Shown here piece after piece: positions 36,925-47,442 of a stretch of DNA of 64,000 nucleotides. A program made the translations under genes and the position numbers. Position 1 is the first letter of the stretch; each line of letters starts with the position of its first letter. The notes under the pieces are model-generated. The model made no database searches. It was not told the origin of the DNA and worked only from the letters and a program-made list of their open reading frames with translations. The stretch lies in the NCBI GenBank assembly GCA_964270895.1, contig OZ185446.1, one strand, 5' to 3'. The stretch comes from Podarcis filfolensis (lineage: Eukaryota).

Positions 36925-37075
36925 CAGAGGCAGTTGCTGGAGCACGAAAAGGAGAGTGCTATTGTGCTCATGTCCTCCTGCTTGTGGACTTTGCAGAGGC
37001 ATCTCATTGGCCGCTGTGAAAACAGAATGCTGGACTAGCTAAGCCTTTGGTCTGATCCAGCAGGGGTCTTCTGAT
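36925..37075 (+). mobile_element. CR1 3' end
   Basis: gaatgctggactag...cctttggtctgatccagcaggggtcttctgatg terminus. Confidence 0.7.
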
Positions 37076-37560
37076 GAAAAAAATGACTCTTGGCATTTCC
37101 CTTGCAGGTTACATTTGTCTTTGGCTCTGAAAAGTAATGGTCTTATCTTTCAAATGTGCTAGAGGCACATGCCATGCGCAAAGACAGGACAAACATTTGG
37201 TATGTTTTTATTTGTTTAAAATACTTGCAACTTGCTTTTGATTGATGTATCTCAGATTCTTTGCATATACTTATTCAAAAATAAAGATGAAAATTCTAAA
37301 AATATCCAAAGCATCTTGCAAAACAACAAAAAAACACACCTTTCAATGTCTTTTTAAAAACCTTTCAAGTTTTTTTTAAAGCAACAAACAATAAAAACAA
37401 TGGAGAAAAAAGCAGGGGGGGAATCAGCAGGTAAGAACAAATAACAGAAGCAGGGAATCTATCACTCGGTTACAAGCCCCAGAGGATAAAACGGTCAGTT
37501 TGATGCATATTGGACTTCAGAGCTAGTTAGTCCTGGACATTCTGGGAAGAGCATTCCATG

Positions 37561-37978
37561 GGAAGGCTGTAGCTCAGTCAGAGTGCATCCACTTTGCATG
37601 CAGAAGGTACCACACTTAATTCCTGGCATGTCTACTTAGGACTGGGAAAGTTCCATGTCTGAAATGTTGGCTAGTACTCACAGTACTGACTTACATCAAC
37701 TACTGTGGTACCTCGGGTTAAGAACTTAATTCATTCTGGAGGTCCGTTCTTAACCTGAAACTGTTCTTAACCTGAAGCACCACTTTAGCTAATGGGGCCT
37801 CCTGCTGCTGCCACACCGCCACCACACAATTTCTGTTCTCATCCTGAAGCAAAGTTCTTAACCCGAGGTACTATTTCTGGGTTAGGGGAGTCTGTAACCA
37901 GAAGCATCTGTAACCTGAGGTACCACTGTATTGGGATAATGGGTCTGACTCAATGTAAAGGTATTTCCTGTGTTCCTA
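37561..37978 (+). mobile_element. Squam3-like tRNA SINE split by a pogo MITE (37703-37928)
   Basis: Head ggctgtagctcagtcagagtgc...tttgcatgcagaagg, tail ggtctgactcaatgtaaaggtatttcctgtgttccta. The MITE sits between them with TA flanks. Confidence 0.8.
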
Positions 37979-39004
37979 TGCATGGGGCATCCACACTGAA
38001 AAGTCACTTTTCCTGGTCACCAATTGACAGTGCAATATGAAAAAGAAAACTGCAATGATTCTCCATACGATCATGTGTTGGCACGCATGGCTGAATGGAA
38101 CTGCATATACGAACGGGCACATAGTTATCAGGCAGACTTAATCTATAGCTCCATCCATCCAGAATGAATCTAATCATTCAGGTATCAAAGTATCTTGCAG
38201 CAAATGGTGCCAACAATATGGTGTTACTGCCAGTCTCTAAAATGCCTGTAGATATTTTGCCTGTAGATGACGATGGATTGACAATTCAGTCAGCTTGTTG
38301 AAGGGCAGAATGGTGGAATGGTTGCGTTGCTAAATAATAGTGATGATTAGCCAGCTATAATGGTGGCGACATGAGTCATTCTTGCTCCACAGGCACCAAT
38401 GAGACAAGCTGTTTGGAAACACACATGGACATAATAATACTGCTAAACAAAGAAAGAGAAAAGCCAACTAATTCCCTCTTTATATTTCCACAACAGATTT
38501 TTCCTGTGGCAATCACTGCAAAAGGATTCAGTGCCATTAAATTTGGTCAAAAACTAGCTTGGGGATAATCTGATGAAGCTGAAATTTGCCCTACCCGGGG
38601 ACATTTGCATGTTATTTATTCATATCGTTTGCATGTGCTTGGCCTGATAACGTGAACACAAATAAAACAGCTGTCAACAGCCACCCAAATCTGTTTGTTT
38701 GTTTGTTGCCCCTTTGGTAGGAGCCAAAAGCAACTGCCCAGAGTCTTTTCTGTAGCACAAAGTCATTTCACTCGAGCCAATTAGAAAATCATTTTAGGGA
38801 AGCTCAAAGAGTGGAAACAATGCAAGAAGATACAGTAAATGATAGCACCATGGACAAGGGCATGCCAAAGGGACAAAGAGATGCCCAGCTCTTGCTAAGA
38901 AATTTCCTGACATAGAACTGTGTTGTTTTTCACAGCCAATTAAAGGCACAGACCCCAATTCAATTAGCATTAGTCACGACTAAGATTGCAGTCCTGTACA
39001 AACT

Positions 39005-39115
39005 TAGGAAATTGCCTTATACCAAGTTAGACCATCAGTCTATCAGGTTTAGTATTGTCTATGCAGACTGGCAGTGACTTTCCCAGGTTTCAGGGGTTTC
39101 TCCTAGCCCTACCTT
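39005..39115 (-). mobile_element. Squam3-like SINE fragment
   Basis: aggaaattgccttataccaagttagacc...agtattgtctatgcagactggcag matches 62470-62655. Confidence 0.7.
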
Positions 39116-39649
39116 AGTGGCAGGGATCATAGGGGGGGGGGAGTCCTCCCTGTCAACACAGAACCTGCTTATCAGAATGGTGGTCACTTTGCTAACATCT
39201 AAAGCAGGAGTAGAGAGCCTCAGGCCTGGGGCCCAAACACAGCTGCCCAGGCATCTTCTTCTGGCCCTTTGCAACTTTCCCCTGGCCCCACATCCTCCTG
39301 GGTCACACTGTTCATGGGCTTGGCTTTGTATCCACAATGAGAGATTCTGCCTGGCAGCAATGTGTCCATGAGCTCCAATCATGCCTCTTGCTTGCCTGCA
39401 TGGAGGATGGAAAGGAGTGTGTGGGTGTTTGTAGAAACTAGCAAACTGCCCAAAGGTAAGATTCACATTAATTGCTTTGCCTGCTTTTGCCGCTGGCCCC
39501 ACCCACCACCAGCATGCGGTCCTTGGATGGTTGCCCAGAAGGGAACATGGACCTCAGGCTGAAAAAAGTTCTCCACCCATGATTTAGAGAAACAGCTAGA
39601 TCACATTGGACCATGACACTCTTCCTTCTTTAACATAGTTGGGTTTTTA

Positions 39650-39845
39650 AAAATCTTGCTTTCCTTTCAGATTGCTCAGGAAGCTACATGGGTTTTACTT
39701 TTTGTTAACACAACAACCCTGTGAGACAGAATAGGCTGAGAGGAAAAGAGAGGGAATTGCCAAAAGGCAGCCAGTGAATTCTGTGGAGATTTGAACTCCG
39801 GACTTGGGAGTTAAAAACCAATATTTATCAGCTGGATAACACTGC
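39650..39845 (-). mobile_element. Old tRNA/CORE SINE remnant
   Basis: acaacaaccctgtgag...ggctgagag...gatttgaactcc resembles the antisense SINE body at 18360-18500. Confidence 0.55.
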
Positions 39846-40790
39846 CTTTCATGGTTATGTCACATGGTGATGGCAAAAAGTACCACCACCTCCTCCTCTC
39901 CTTATTAAAGTTTCAGAAACTGTAACCTAATCTTGTATGATTCTGTGTGAACACCCACGTTATCTGCACATCCTTTGGATTTATAAGGAAATGCATTTGC
40001 TATATTCTGAAAAAAATGTAAGTCTGCTCAAAGATTCTTGTTTAACTTACTTTTGAGAGTCATGCTTACATGAGCGAGCATGGGATTCCAAGGCTCTGCT
40101 CACATCATAATAAGTTTATGAGCATTCTGCTGTCAACCCTAAGGCTGTCAAACGATATTCAAGATGAAACGGTATCTGATAACTGCAGATGTTTTGCCGG
40201 ATTAGCGGGTAGAAAAAGAGGCAGGATATTAAGGGATGAACAAAAATAAAATCAACTGAAGCCATTAAAACGAGCCAAATTCCTGCACAACTCAAGTTTG
40301 ATCTGAACCCAACCCAATTGGTTATTTACGGCTGCATACGCTTGTTGCGCCATTACATTTCAAAACAACTATTCCCCCATCAGTGCATACAGATGTAAAT
40401 CAGTTCAAGTGAATTAAGTTTTGCTCAAGGCACTGTGTACAATTATGGTGTGGCTATTAAAAGCAGAGGAGGGTAAGATGGGGAAAATATTTCCCATGGC
40501 ACCGGATTTAGCCTATTAACTAATCAAATCAAAAACCGTACTTGAAAGAATAAGCAGACCTATAACAAATACAAGAATTCGATTGCTCGGAAAAGCATCC
40601 AGTGGAGCTATAGTTACCATTAGCTCTCCTGTTAACCCTGCTCTCTTCACTCCAAAAGTGAAGGCTGGCTTTGGAAACTCAGATGTGGCAAGGAACTATA
40701 TTCCCACCAGCCTCTATTATGAAAATAGGCAAAACATCTTCTCTCTGTCCGTTTTTGCACTTCAGTACCCTCACTTTCCTGTTCTTTCAG

Positions 40791-40815
40791 AATGTGGAGA
40801 CTGGGTGTGTGTTGG
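40791..40815 (+). other. Candidate 25-nt exon
   Basis: Long pyrimidine tract ctctctgtccgtttttgcacttcagtaccctcactttcctgttctttcag, then aatgtggagactgggtgtgtgttgg, then GTAAGG. All three frames are open. Confidence 0.4.
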
Positions 40816-43380
40816 GTAAGGAAGAGAAACCCTTTGCAGCTAAGATGTGCAGAGGCCAGACTCTCACTTGGCCACAATGTCATGAGCTGCTAACCTACTA
40901 GCTGTTGGCTGCTTCACCAGAAAGTGCCTTCTGGCTTGCAGAGTGAGGCAGTCACCTCAAGTCCTTGACCGTGAGCATCATGAAAGGGCAGCAAACTCAT
41001 TTATTACATTCATTAGTGTTGCATTTATACTGCCAGGGAAGGAGAGAGGCACTTGTGGGATTGTCTGCCTCTGGTGGCAAAATAACATGACCAGCCTCGC
41101 ACTTGTGAGGCAAGGATGTTTGCTGCTGCACCTCAGACAAGTGGGACAGCCCTGTTTTCATAAGCAAAGGCCAAATGGTCCCCTTGTCCTCCTCTCTACT
41201 CTGAGCCCGATGTCTACCTTGAATGCTTGTATTGATGTGTCAGTGTCAGAAGAGTGGAAGAAGGCAATGGGGAGTCCTGGCCTTGCTGAAGCTGGTTAGA
41301 AGAAGAATCCGTCCTGCTCCTCTGAATTCTGACCTTGGTAGAACTCCTATGGCAGTGCTTCTCAAACTGTGCACCAGGTTGCACAAGAGTGTCTTGAAAT
41401 ATGATGGATGCACCCATCACACTACCAGCATGTGGAGCCCCACCCAGCACTGATTTCACCCCTCCTCTTTCATCATCTTCCTGAGTTGTATACACACCTG
41501 GATTCTTTGGTGCAGTATTTGTTAAATCTTGTAGGCATAAGTGAATAATCACAGCATCACCATGCTCAGAGAGGACAGTCCCATCCATCTGAGCCTTGAA
41601 TAACTGCATGAAGGCAGTGCCAGATTTAACCCTGTGGAGGCCTCTAGGTCCCCTTCACAAATTATCTTGAAGCTTCTACTAGGCTTGATTGTAATTAACT
41701 TTCAAGTTGAAATAAAAATTATGTTGATCCATTGTCACGTGCCCCCTAAAAGGTGTGGTGCCCTTGGGCCGGTGCCTGCTTTTCCTATTTGGTAATCCAG
41801 CACTGAGTGAAGGGAATGGTGGGCTGTTGCGAGGAAGATGACTGCCCATTGCTCTTGGGCTTCCATACCCACCCACCTAGCTGTTCCCACAGGTATAAAA
41901 ACACTGCTGTATAATAAGAGGCTGTGAGAACATCAAAGTCTTACAGGGACACAGACATGATGAATGCCCTTCATTTGTATAGAACATAATGGATGCCTGC
42001 ATTTCTGATGCAGCTGTCCTCTATCACGTATATAAAAACAGTGGATAACACCAGTGGTATTCACATAAACCACTGCAATTTGTCTAGGTATAGGAGACGT
42101 AAATAAGTAACCTTTGTTAAAGATGTGCATCATCAAAAGCCCAATTGCAGTGCTGCTGAATATGTTGTTTCTTTCTGACCTCACATTGTCCAGCCAGAAC
42201 GACTAAAAGCCTCACTTTGTTATTTACTAGCTTTTAAGTGTGCAATTTTTTGACAGTCTTCATTACTCTTTAATAAGCTTCTTTTGTAGCCGAATTTGCT
42301 CTTTAGACATTCTGCTAGGAAATGGCATTCAGAGTTTTGTCTAGGGGAGGTTGATTGCAGTGCATTTAAAATATGCAAAGAGTTGCTTTGTTTTGAAAAG
42401 GAAACACTCAGGTTTCATTTCTTTCCAAATCTACCCCATTCAAATTCAGGATAGCTCCAAGCCAAGTGGTAGGTCTTTTAAAATTTACAGTTATTAGGGA
42501 GGGGTGTGCCTTTTGGCAGATTAATTTATCACAAGGGGTTGGGGAGCTAATTTTCTGTCTCCTAATGCTAAGTTCCACCCCCTGCAAACAATGATTACAT
42601 TGTGGGAGGTATAAGTGAAGAGGAATCCGGGGGGACCACAGGGCTGGGGCTAAATGGTATTTGAATGTGGGTGGGAAAGTATGTGGCAAAGACATACAGA
42701 AGCTCTGTGTTCTCTACAGGTCACTGAACTGATGCTGCTCATCTGCCGCAGAGAACATGGACCACAAAGTTCAAAGCTCATTGGCCCCCCCACCGTGAAA
42801 GGACAGGATGCTGGATACAGGTTAAAGAAGCACAACTTTATTGATTAACAAAGATAATCAATTTAGTGAGACTAAATTAACTAGTTATATCCCTAAATAC
42901 ATCCTTACATGTGAATGTCAGATGGGAAAAGGGTTCAACTTTCAATGAAGGTTGGTGCTAAAGATTCCACCCTCAGACTTTTCTTCTGTTTTATTGCGTG
43001 CCAAGGCCCCAATAGTTCCCTATTGATTAATAAACACACTGACAAGAGTATTTAGGTTTATGGGCTAAAACAGGCCACAACTTTATTGGTTACAGATGTG
43101 AGCAGTTTGGCCTAGGCATTGGGTGAAATCAGACTATATATTGACTCCCACCCATCTGCAGGGAGTCAAACTAAGGGTTAACCACCGAAAGGGGGAGCCC
43201 TATGACTTACATCAAATAGGGGCACCCTGAGAGGTCTCCGTTGGGGTCGTGGCAGGGCCCTAGCCCACATCTGGGCCTCGGACAGTATCCACACCCTGGA
43301 TCCCTTTAACAGGATACCCTTATTGAGGAGGGGCAGGCGGAGGCTACAACCTCCCCTCCCTTAAACAAAGGCTTACCCAA

Positions 43381-44109
43381 CAGGACAGGAAAATTGGCTT
43401 CCAGGTGGAGAGATCAAAACTAGAAACAGAATTGTTGGAACCCAATACTAAGAATTTGTCAAGAATGTATAACTTGCTGTTGAAATGGAATACACAGGAT
43501 GAGATGGTTAAATCAGCTATGATTAAATGGGCACAAGACATTGGTCATGACATTATGTTTGCTGACTGGGAACAGTTATGGACCACCGGTATAAAGTTTA
43601 CGGCATGTAATGCCTTAAGAGAGAACATTATGAAAATGATTTATAGGTGGTACATGACCCCAGTCAAGCTTGCAAAAATCTATCATATGCCCAATAATAA
43701 ATGCTGGAAATGTAATGAAACTGAAGGTACTTTCTACCACCTTTGGTGGACGTGCCCAAGGATCAAGGTCTTCTGGGAAATGATCTATAATGAAATTAAG
43801 AAGGTACTTAAGTGTACCTTTCATAAGAAACCAGAGGTCTTTCTCCTGGGCATGGTGGGCCAATTGGTGTCAAGGAAAGATAGGACGTTTTTTATGTACG
43901 CTACAACAGCAGCAAGAGTTCTTTTAGCAAAGTATTGGAAGACACAAGAACTACCCACGCTGGAAGAGTGGCAGACGAAGGTGATAGACTATATGGGACT
44001 GGCTGAGATGACTGGCAGAATCCGCGACCAAGGGAAAGAGACGGTGGAAGAAGATTGGAAGAAATTTAAAGTTTATCTTAAGAACTGTTGTAAAATTAAT
44101 GAGTGCTAA
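43381..44109 (+). CDS. L1 ORF2p C-terminal fragment with CCHC zinc-knuckle-like motif
   Basis: Frame is open from the truncation point to TAA. Contains CWKCNETEGTFYHLWWTC (C-x2-C-x8-H-x4-C) and MYATTAAR...W...P...EW typical of non-mammalian L1. Confidence 0.9.
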   Translation, partial: QDRKIGFQVERSKLETELLEPNTKNLSRMYNLLLKWNTQDEMVKSAMIKWAQDIGHDIMFADWEQLWTTGIKFTACNALRENIMKMIYRWYMTPVKLAKIYHMPNNKCWKCNETEGTFYHLWWTCPRIKVFWEMIYNEIKKVLKCTFHKKPEVFLLGMVGQLVSRKDRTFFMYATTAARVLLAKYWKTQELPTLEEWQTKVIDYMGLAEMTGRIRDQGKETVEEDWKKFKVYLKNCCKINEC

Positions 44110-44207
44110 AATGTCATGGGTAATGTAAAACAGAATTGCAGTGACAAATAACTGGGTAAGAGAAAAAGGATTAAAGAAAGTGACTTATAAGTAATTGAAA
44201 TGAGGGG

Positions 44208-45779
44208 TTGCTGGAAAAGCTTACCCCCGAGGATGTGGACAGGCTGCTTGGACGCGTGAAACCAACCACCTGTCTCCTTGATCCTTGCCCATCCTGGCTA
44301 ATAAAAGCAATCCGGGAAGGGCTGGGCGATGGGCTCTGCGGGGTGGTGAATGCTTCCCTCTGTGAGGGAACATTCCCAGATCCGCTGAAAGAGGCGGTCA
44401 TTAAACCGCTTCTTAAAAAACCATCTTTAGACCCGGCCAGTATGGCCAACTATCGCCCAGTCTCAAATCTTCCATTCTTGGGCAAGGTGATTGAGCGCGT
44501 GGTTGCTGAACAACTCCAGGCACTCCTGGAGGATGCGGACCATTTGGATCCCTTCCAATCAGGATTCAGGCCTCATCATGGGACTGAAACTGCCTTGGTC
44601 GCGCTGGTTGATGATCTCCGGCGAGCTAGGGACAAAGGTGAGAGTTGTTTCCTAGTTCTGCTGGATCTCTCAGCGGCCTTTGATACAATCGACCATAACA
44701 TCCTTCTGGACCGTCTAGAGGGGCTGGGAGCTGGGGGCACTGTTATGCAGTGGTTTCGCTCCTTCCTCCTGGGCCGTGTTCAGAAAGTGGTGGTGGGGGA
44801 TGAGTGCTCAGACCCCTGGGCCCTCACTTGTGGGGTGCCTCAGGGTTCCGTCCTCTCCCCCATGCTTTTTAACATCTATATGAAGCCACTGGGAGAGATC
44901 ATCAGGGGGTTTGGACTGGGTGTCCATCAATATGCAGATGATACCCAGCTCTACCTCTCTTTCAAATCGGAACCAGTGAAGGCGGTGAAGGTCCTGTGTG
45001 AGTGCCTGGAGGCAGTTGGAGGATGGATGGCGGCTAATGGATTGAGGTTGAATCCTGACAAGACAGAAGTACTGTTTTTGGGGGACAGGGGGCGGGCTGG
45101 TGTGGAGGACTCCCTGGTCCTGAATAGGGTAACTGTGCCCCTGAAGGACCAGGTGCGCAGCCTGGGAGTCATTTTGGACTCACAGCTGTCCATGGAGGCG
45201 CAGGTCAATTCTGTGTCCAGGGCAGCTGTCTACCAACTCCACCTGGTACGCAGGCTGAGACCCTACCTGCCCGCGGACTGTCTCGCCAGAGTGGTGCATG
45301 CTCTGGTTATCTCCCGCTTGGACTACTGCAATGCGCTCTACGTGGGGCTACCTTTGAAGGTGACTCGGAAACTACAACTAATCCAGAATGCGGCAGCTAG
45401 ACTGGTGACTGGGGGCGGCCGCCGAGACCACATAACACCGGTCTTGAAAGACCTACGTTGGCTCCCAGTACGTTTCCGAGCACAATTCAAAGTGCTGGTG
45501 TTGACCTTTAAAGCCCTAAACGGCCTCGGCCCAGTATACCTGAAGGAGCATCTCCACCCCCATCGTTCTGCCCGGATGCTGAGGTCCAGCGCCGAGGGCC
45601 TTCTGGCGGTTCCCTCATTGCGAGAAGCAAAGCTACAGGGAACCAGGCAGAGGGCCTTCTCGGTAGTGGTGCCTGCCCTGTGGAACGCCCTCCCATCGGA
45701 TGTCAAAGCGATAAATAACTACCTGACATTCAGAAGACATCTTAAGGCAGCCCTGTTCAGGGAAGTTTTTAATCTGTGA
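44208..45779 (+). CDS. L2 reverse-transcriptase ORF2 fragment (no endonuclease domain)
   Basis: 523 codons with no stop or frameshift. The listed start is a TTG in L1 3' UTR sequence, so the first codons are chimeric. Confidence 0.92.
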   Translation: MLEKLTPEDVDRLLGRVKPTTCLLDPCPSWLIKAIREGLGDGLCGVVNASLCEGTFPDPLKEAVIKPLLKKPSLDPASMANYRPVSNLPFLGKVIERVVAEQLQALLEDADHLDPFQSGFRPHHGTETALVALVDDLRRARDKGESCFLVLLDLSAAFDTIDHNILLDRLEGLGAGGTVMQWFRSFLLGRVQKVVVGDECSDPWALTCGVPQGSVLSPMLFNIYMKPLGEIIRGFGLGVHQYADDTQLYLSFKSEPVKAVKVLCECLEAVGGWMAANGLRLNPDKTEVLFLGDRGRAGVEDSLVLNRVTVPLKDQVRSLGVILDSQLSMEAQVNSVSRAAVYQLHLVRRLRPYLPADCLARVVHALVISRLDYCNALYVGLPLKVTRKLQLIQNAAARLVTGGGRRDHITPVLKDLRWLPVRFRAQFKVLVLTFKALNGLGPVYLKEHLHPHRSARMLRSSAEGLLAVPSLREAKLQGTRQRAFSVVVPALWNALPSDVKAINNYLTFRRHLKAALFREVFNL

Positions 45780-45877
45780 TATTTTAGTGTATTTTTGGTT
45801 TTCTATGGAAGCCGCCCAGAGTGGCTGGGGAAACCCAGCCAGATGGGCGGGGTACAAATAATAAATTATTATTATTA
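44224..45877 (+). mobile_element. 5'-truncated L2 (CR1-group) LINE, young copy
   Basis: KPTTCLLDPCPSWL N-terminal block, RT motifs LDLSAAFDTIDH, GVPQGSVLSP and YADD, C-terminal LxWLPV; 3' tail aataataaattattattatt. The 5' junction position is approximate. Confidence 0.96.
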
Positions 45878-46365
45878 TATTATAAAACAGGGATGCAGAA
45901 AAGGGAGGTATGGGGAAGTCGTTGAAACAAGGTTTAAGAAAAAGAGGTTATGAAATTATACGTGTTTATATGTTTGTTCGTTTATGTGTTGTTAGTTGTA
46001 TTGTGTCTTAATATATGTTGGAAAATCAATAAAAATTTATTTTAAAAAAAATAAAAATAAACAAAGGCTTACCCAAATCCTAACCTTACAAAGTTGTGAC
46101 AATTGCTACAAGGTAGGCGAAAACCAAATGGCAGGTGCAAATTTGCCAAGTGGAAAAATTCCTACCCAGCCCCAACAATAAGGTGGCTGATGTTTTGTCC
46201 ATAACAAGGTCATGTCATACCAAAGCTTAAAAAGAAGGCGGGTGGGTTGGGAGATCCAGCGAGGAGGCAAGAGAGGGAAGTTGCGGCATTGATAGGCTGG
46301 GCGGGAGTGACGTGACCGGGATTGGTGCGATGGGGGCATCAATCCCCTGCCCCCAAGCCGGATAT

Positions 46366-46750
46366 ACTAATAATACTGATACTAATACTAATACTAATAC
46401 TAATACTAATACTAATACTAATACTAATTTATTTGTACCCCACCCATATGGCTGGGTTTCCTCAGCCACTCTGGGTGGCTTCCAACGAAGACCAAAAATA
46501 CACTAAAATGTCACACATTAAAAACTTCCCTGAACAGGGCTGCCTTCAGATGTCTTCTGAATGTCAGGTAGTTGTTTATCTCTTTGACATCTGATGGGAG
46601 GGCGTTCCACAGGGCGGGTGCTACCACCGAGAAGGCCCTCTGCCTGGTTCCCTGTAGCTTTGCTTCTTGCAATGAGGGAACCACCAGAAGTCCCTCGGCG
46701 CTGGACCTCAGCATCCAGGCAGAACGATGGGGGTGGAGACGCTCCTTCAG
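46366..46750 (-). mobile_element. L2 3' fragment, same family as 44224-45877, with (ATTAGT)n tail
   Basis: Reverse complement aligns to 45539-45865 at roughly 90% by eye; hexamer tail at 46366-46428. Confidence 0.95.
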
Positions 46751-46961
46751 AGCCAGAGCCAGAGCCAGACCACAAGAGCCCAGATGCCCAGCTGCAACGC
46801 TACCCGCTGTGAAAGGTGTGTGGTCCTCTCATTTTCCTATTCCGTGTGTGTTTGCCTCTTCTTCAATAAATGGTTAGTACCTACACTACAAACAGTGAGT
46901 AGATTCTACTTTCTTTAATAGTGTGGAACTGAACAGTGGCAATGAGAAGATGTAACATGTC

Positions 46962-47442
46962 TGTCAGGTGTGCGTGCAGGAGCCAGGCCCTGTGACCAAT
47001 AGGACTTTGCAGGACTGGGGCCTTCCTAAGTTTGTTCTGAAGAGGCAGGTGAGGCTGATTGGTAACTCACAGCACCTGGTGGCAAGAGCTGGGAAGGATT
47101 ATAAGGTCAGCATTTCTCTTCAGCTCTTTGCCACAGCAACACGCTTCCTGCCTTGCTGCGTTTGGCTTCTTGCTTCCTGATCCTTGAACCTTGGCTTCTT
47201 GACTCCCTGCTTCTTGATCCTCGGACCCTTGACTTCTTGACTCCTTGCTTCTTGATCCTCGGACCCTGACTTCGTGTCTCCTTGCCTCCTGACCCTTGGC
47301 TTCTTGACTCCTGGCTCTCTGATCCTTGGACTCTTGGTTTCCTGGCTTCTGGACCCCCGTTCCTGTCCCCACCCCGCCATCTTGCCCCTGGTCCTAATTT
47401 CCCCTGCTGGGACTTCAATCGCCCGTGAACCGGACTGTGACA
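46962..47442 (+). mobile_element. Solo LTR (Gypsy- or BEL-type), 481 bp
   Basis: TGTCA...TGACA termini, perfect 5-bp TSD atgtc (46957-46961 and 47443-47447), TATA-like gattataagg at ~47098, internal ~7-bp-period repeat array at 47160-47355. Confidence 0.92.

Larger units (their letters stand above)
43381..46057 (+). mobile_element. 5'-truncated L1 LINE insertion (ORF2 C-terminus, 3' UTR, polyA) containing an L2
   Basis: Perfect 19-bp TSD taaacaaaggcttacccaa at 43362-43380 and 46058-46076; AATAAA at ~46028 followed by an A-rich tail. Confidence 0.95.
42987..46890 (-). mobile_element. LTR-like host element (~0.83 kb when reassembled: ~42987-43380, 46077-46365, 46751-46890) interrupted by L1(+L2) and a second L2
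   Basis: On minus: starts tgtagtgtagg, then CCAAT (gcaccaatc), CRE-like gtcacgtcac, GC box cccgccc, TATA-like tttttaag, a run of hairpins, and AATAAA (ccaataaagttgtggcc). No terminal TSD found, so class and ends are uncertain. Confidence 0.55.

Noticed and set aside
37561-37640. tRNA gene
   Set aside because: Only a degenerate tRNA-derived SINE head; no complete cloverleaf or terminator. The same applies to the other SINE heads.
39669-39700. Strong-looking acceptor ttcctttcag
   Set aside because: Lies inside an antisense SINE remnant and has no good donor.
43140-43365. Possible hammerhead ribozyme / retrozyme in the hairpin cluster
   Set aside because: No CUGANGA...GAAA core on either strand.
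44171-46877. Multiple antisense and overlapping ORFs
   Set aside because: Alternative frames of L1/L2 sequence and of the (ATACTA)n tail.
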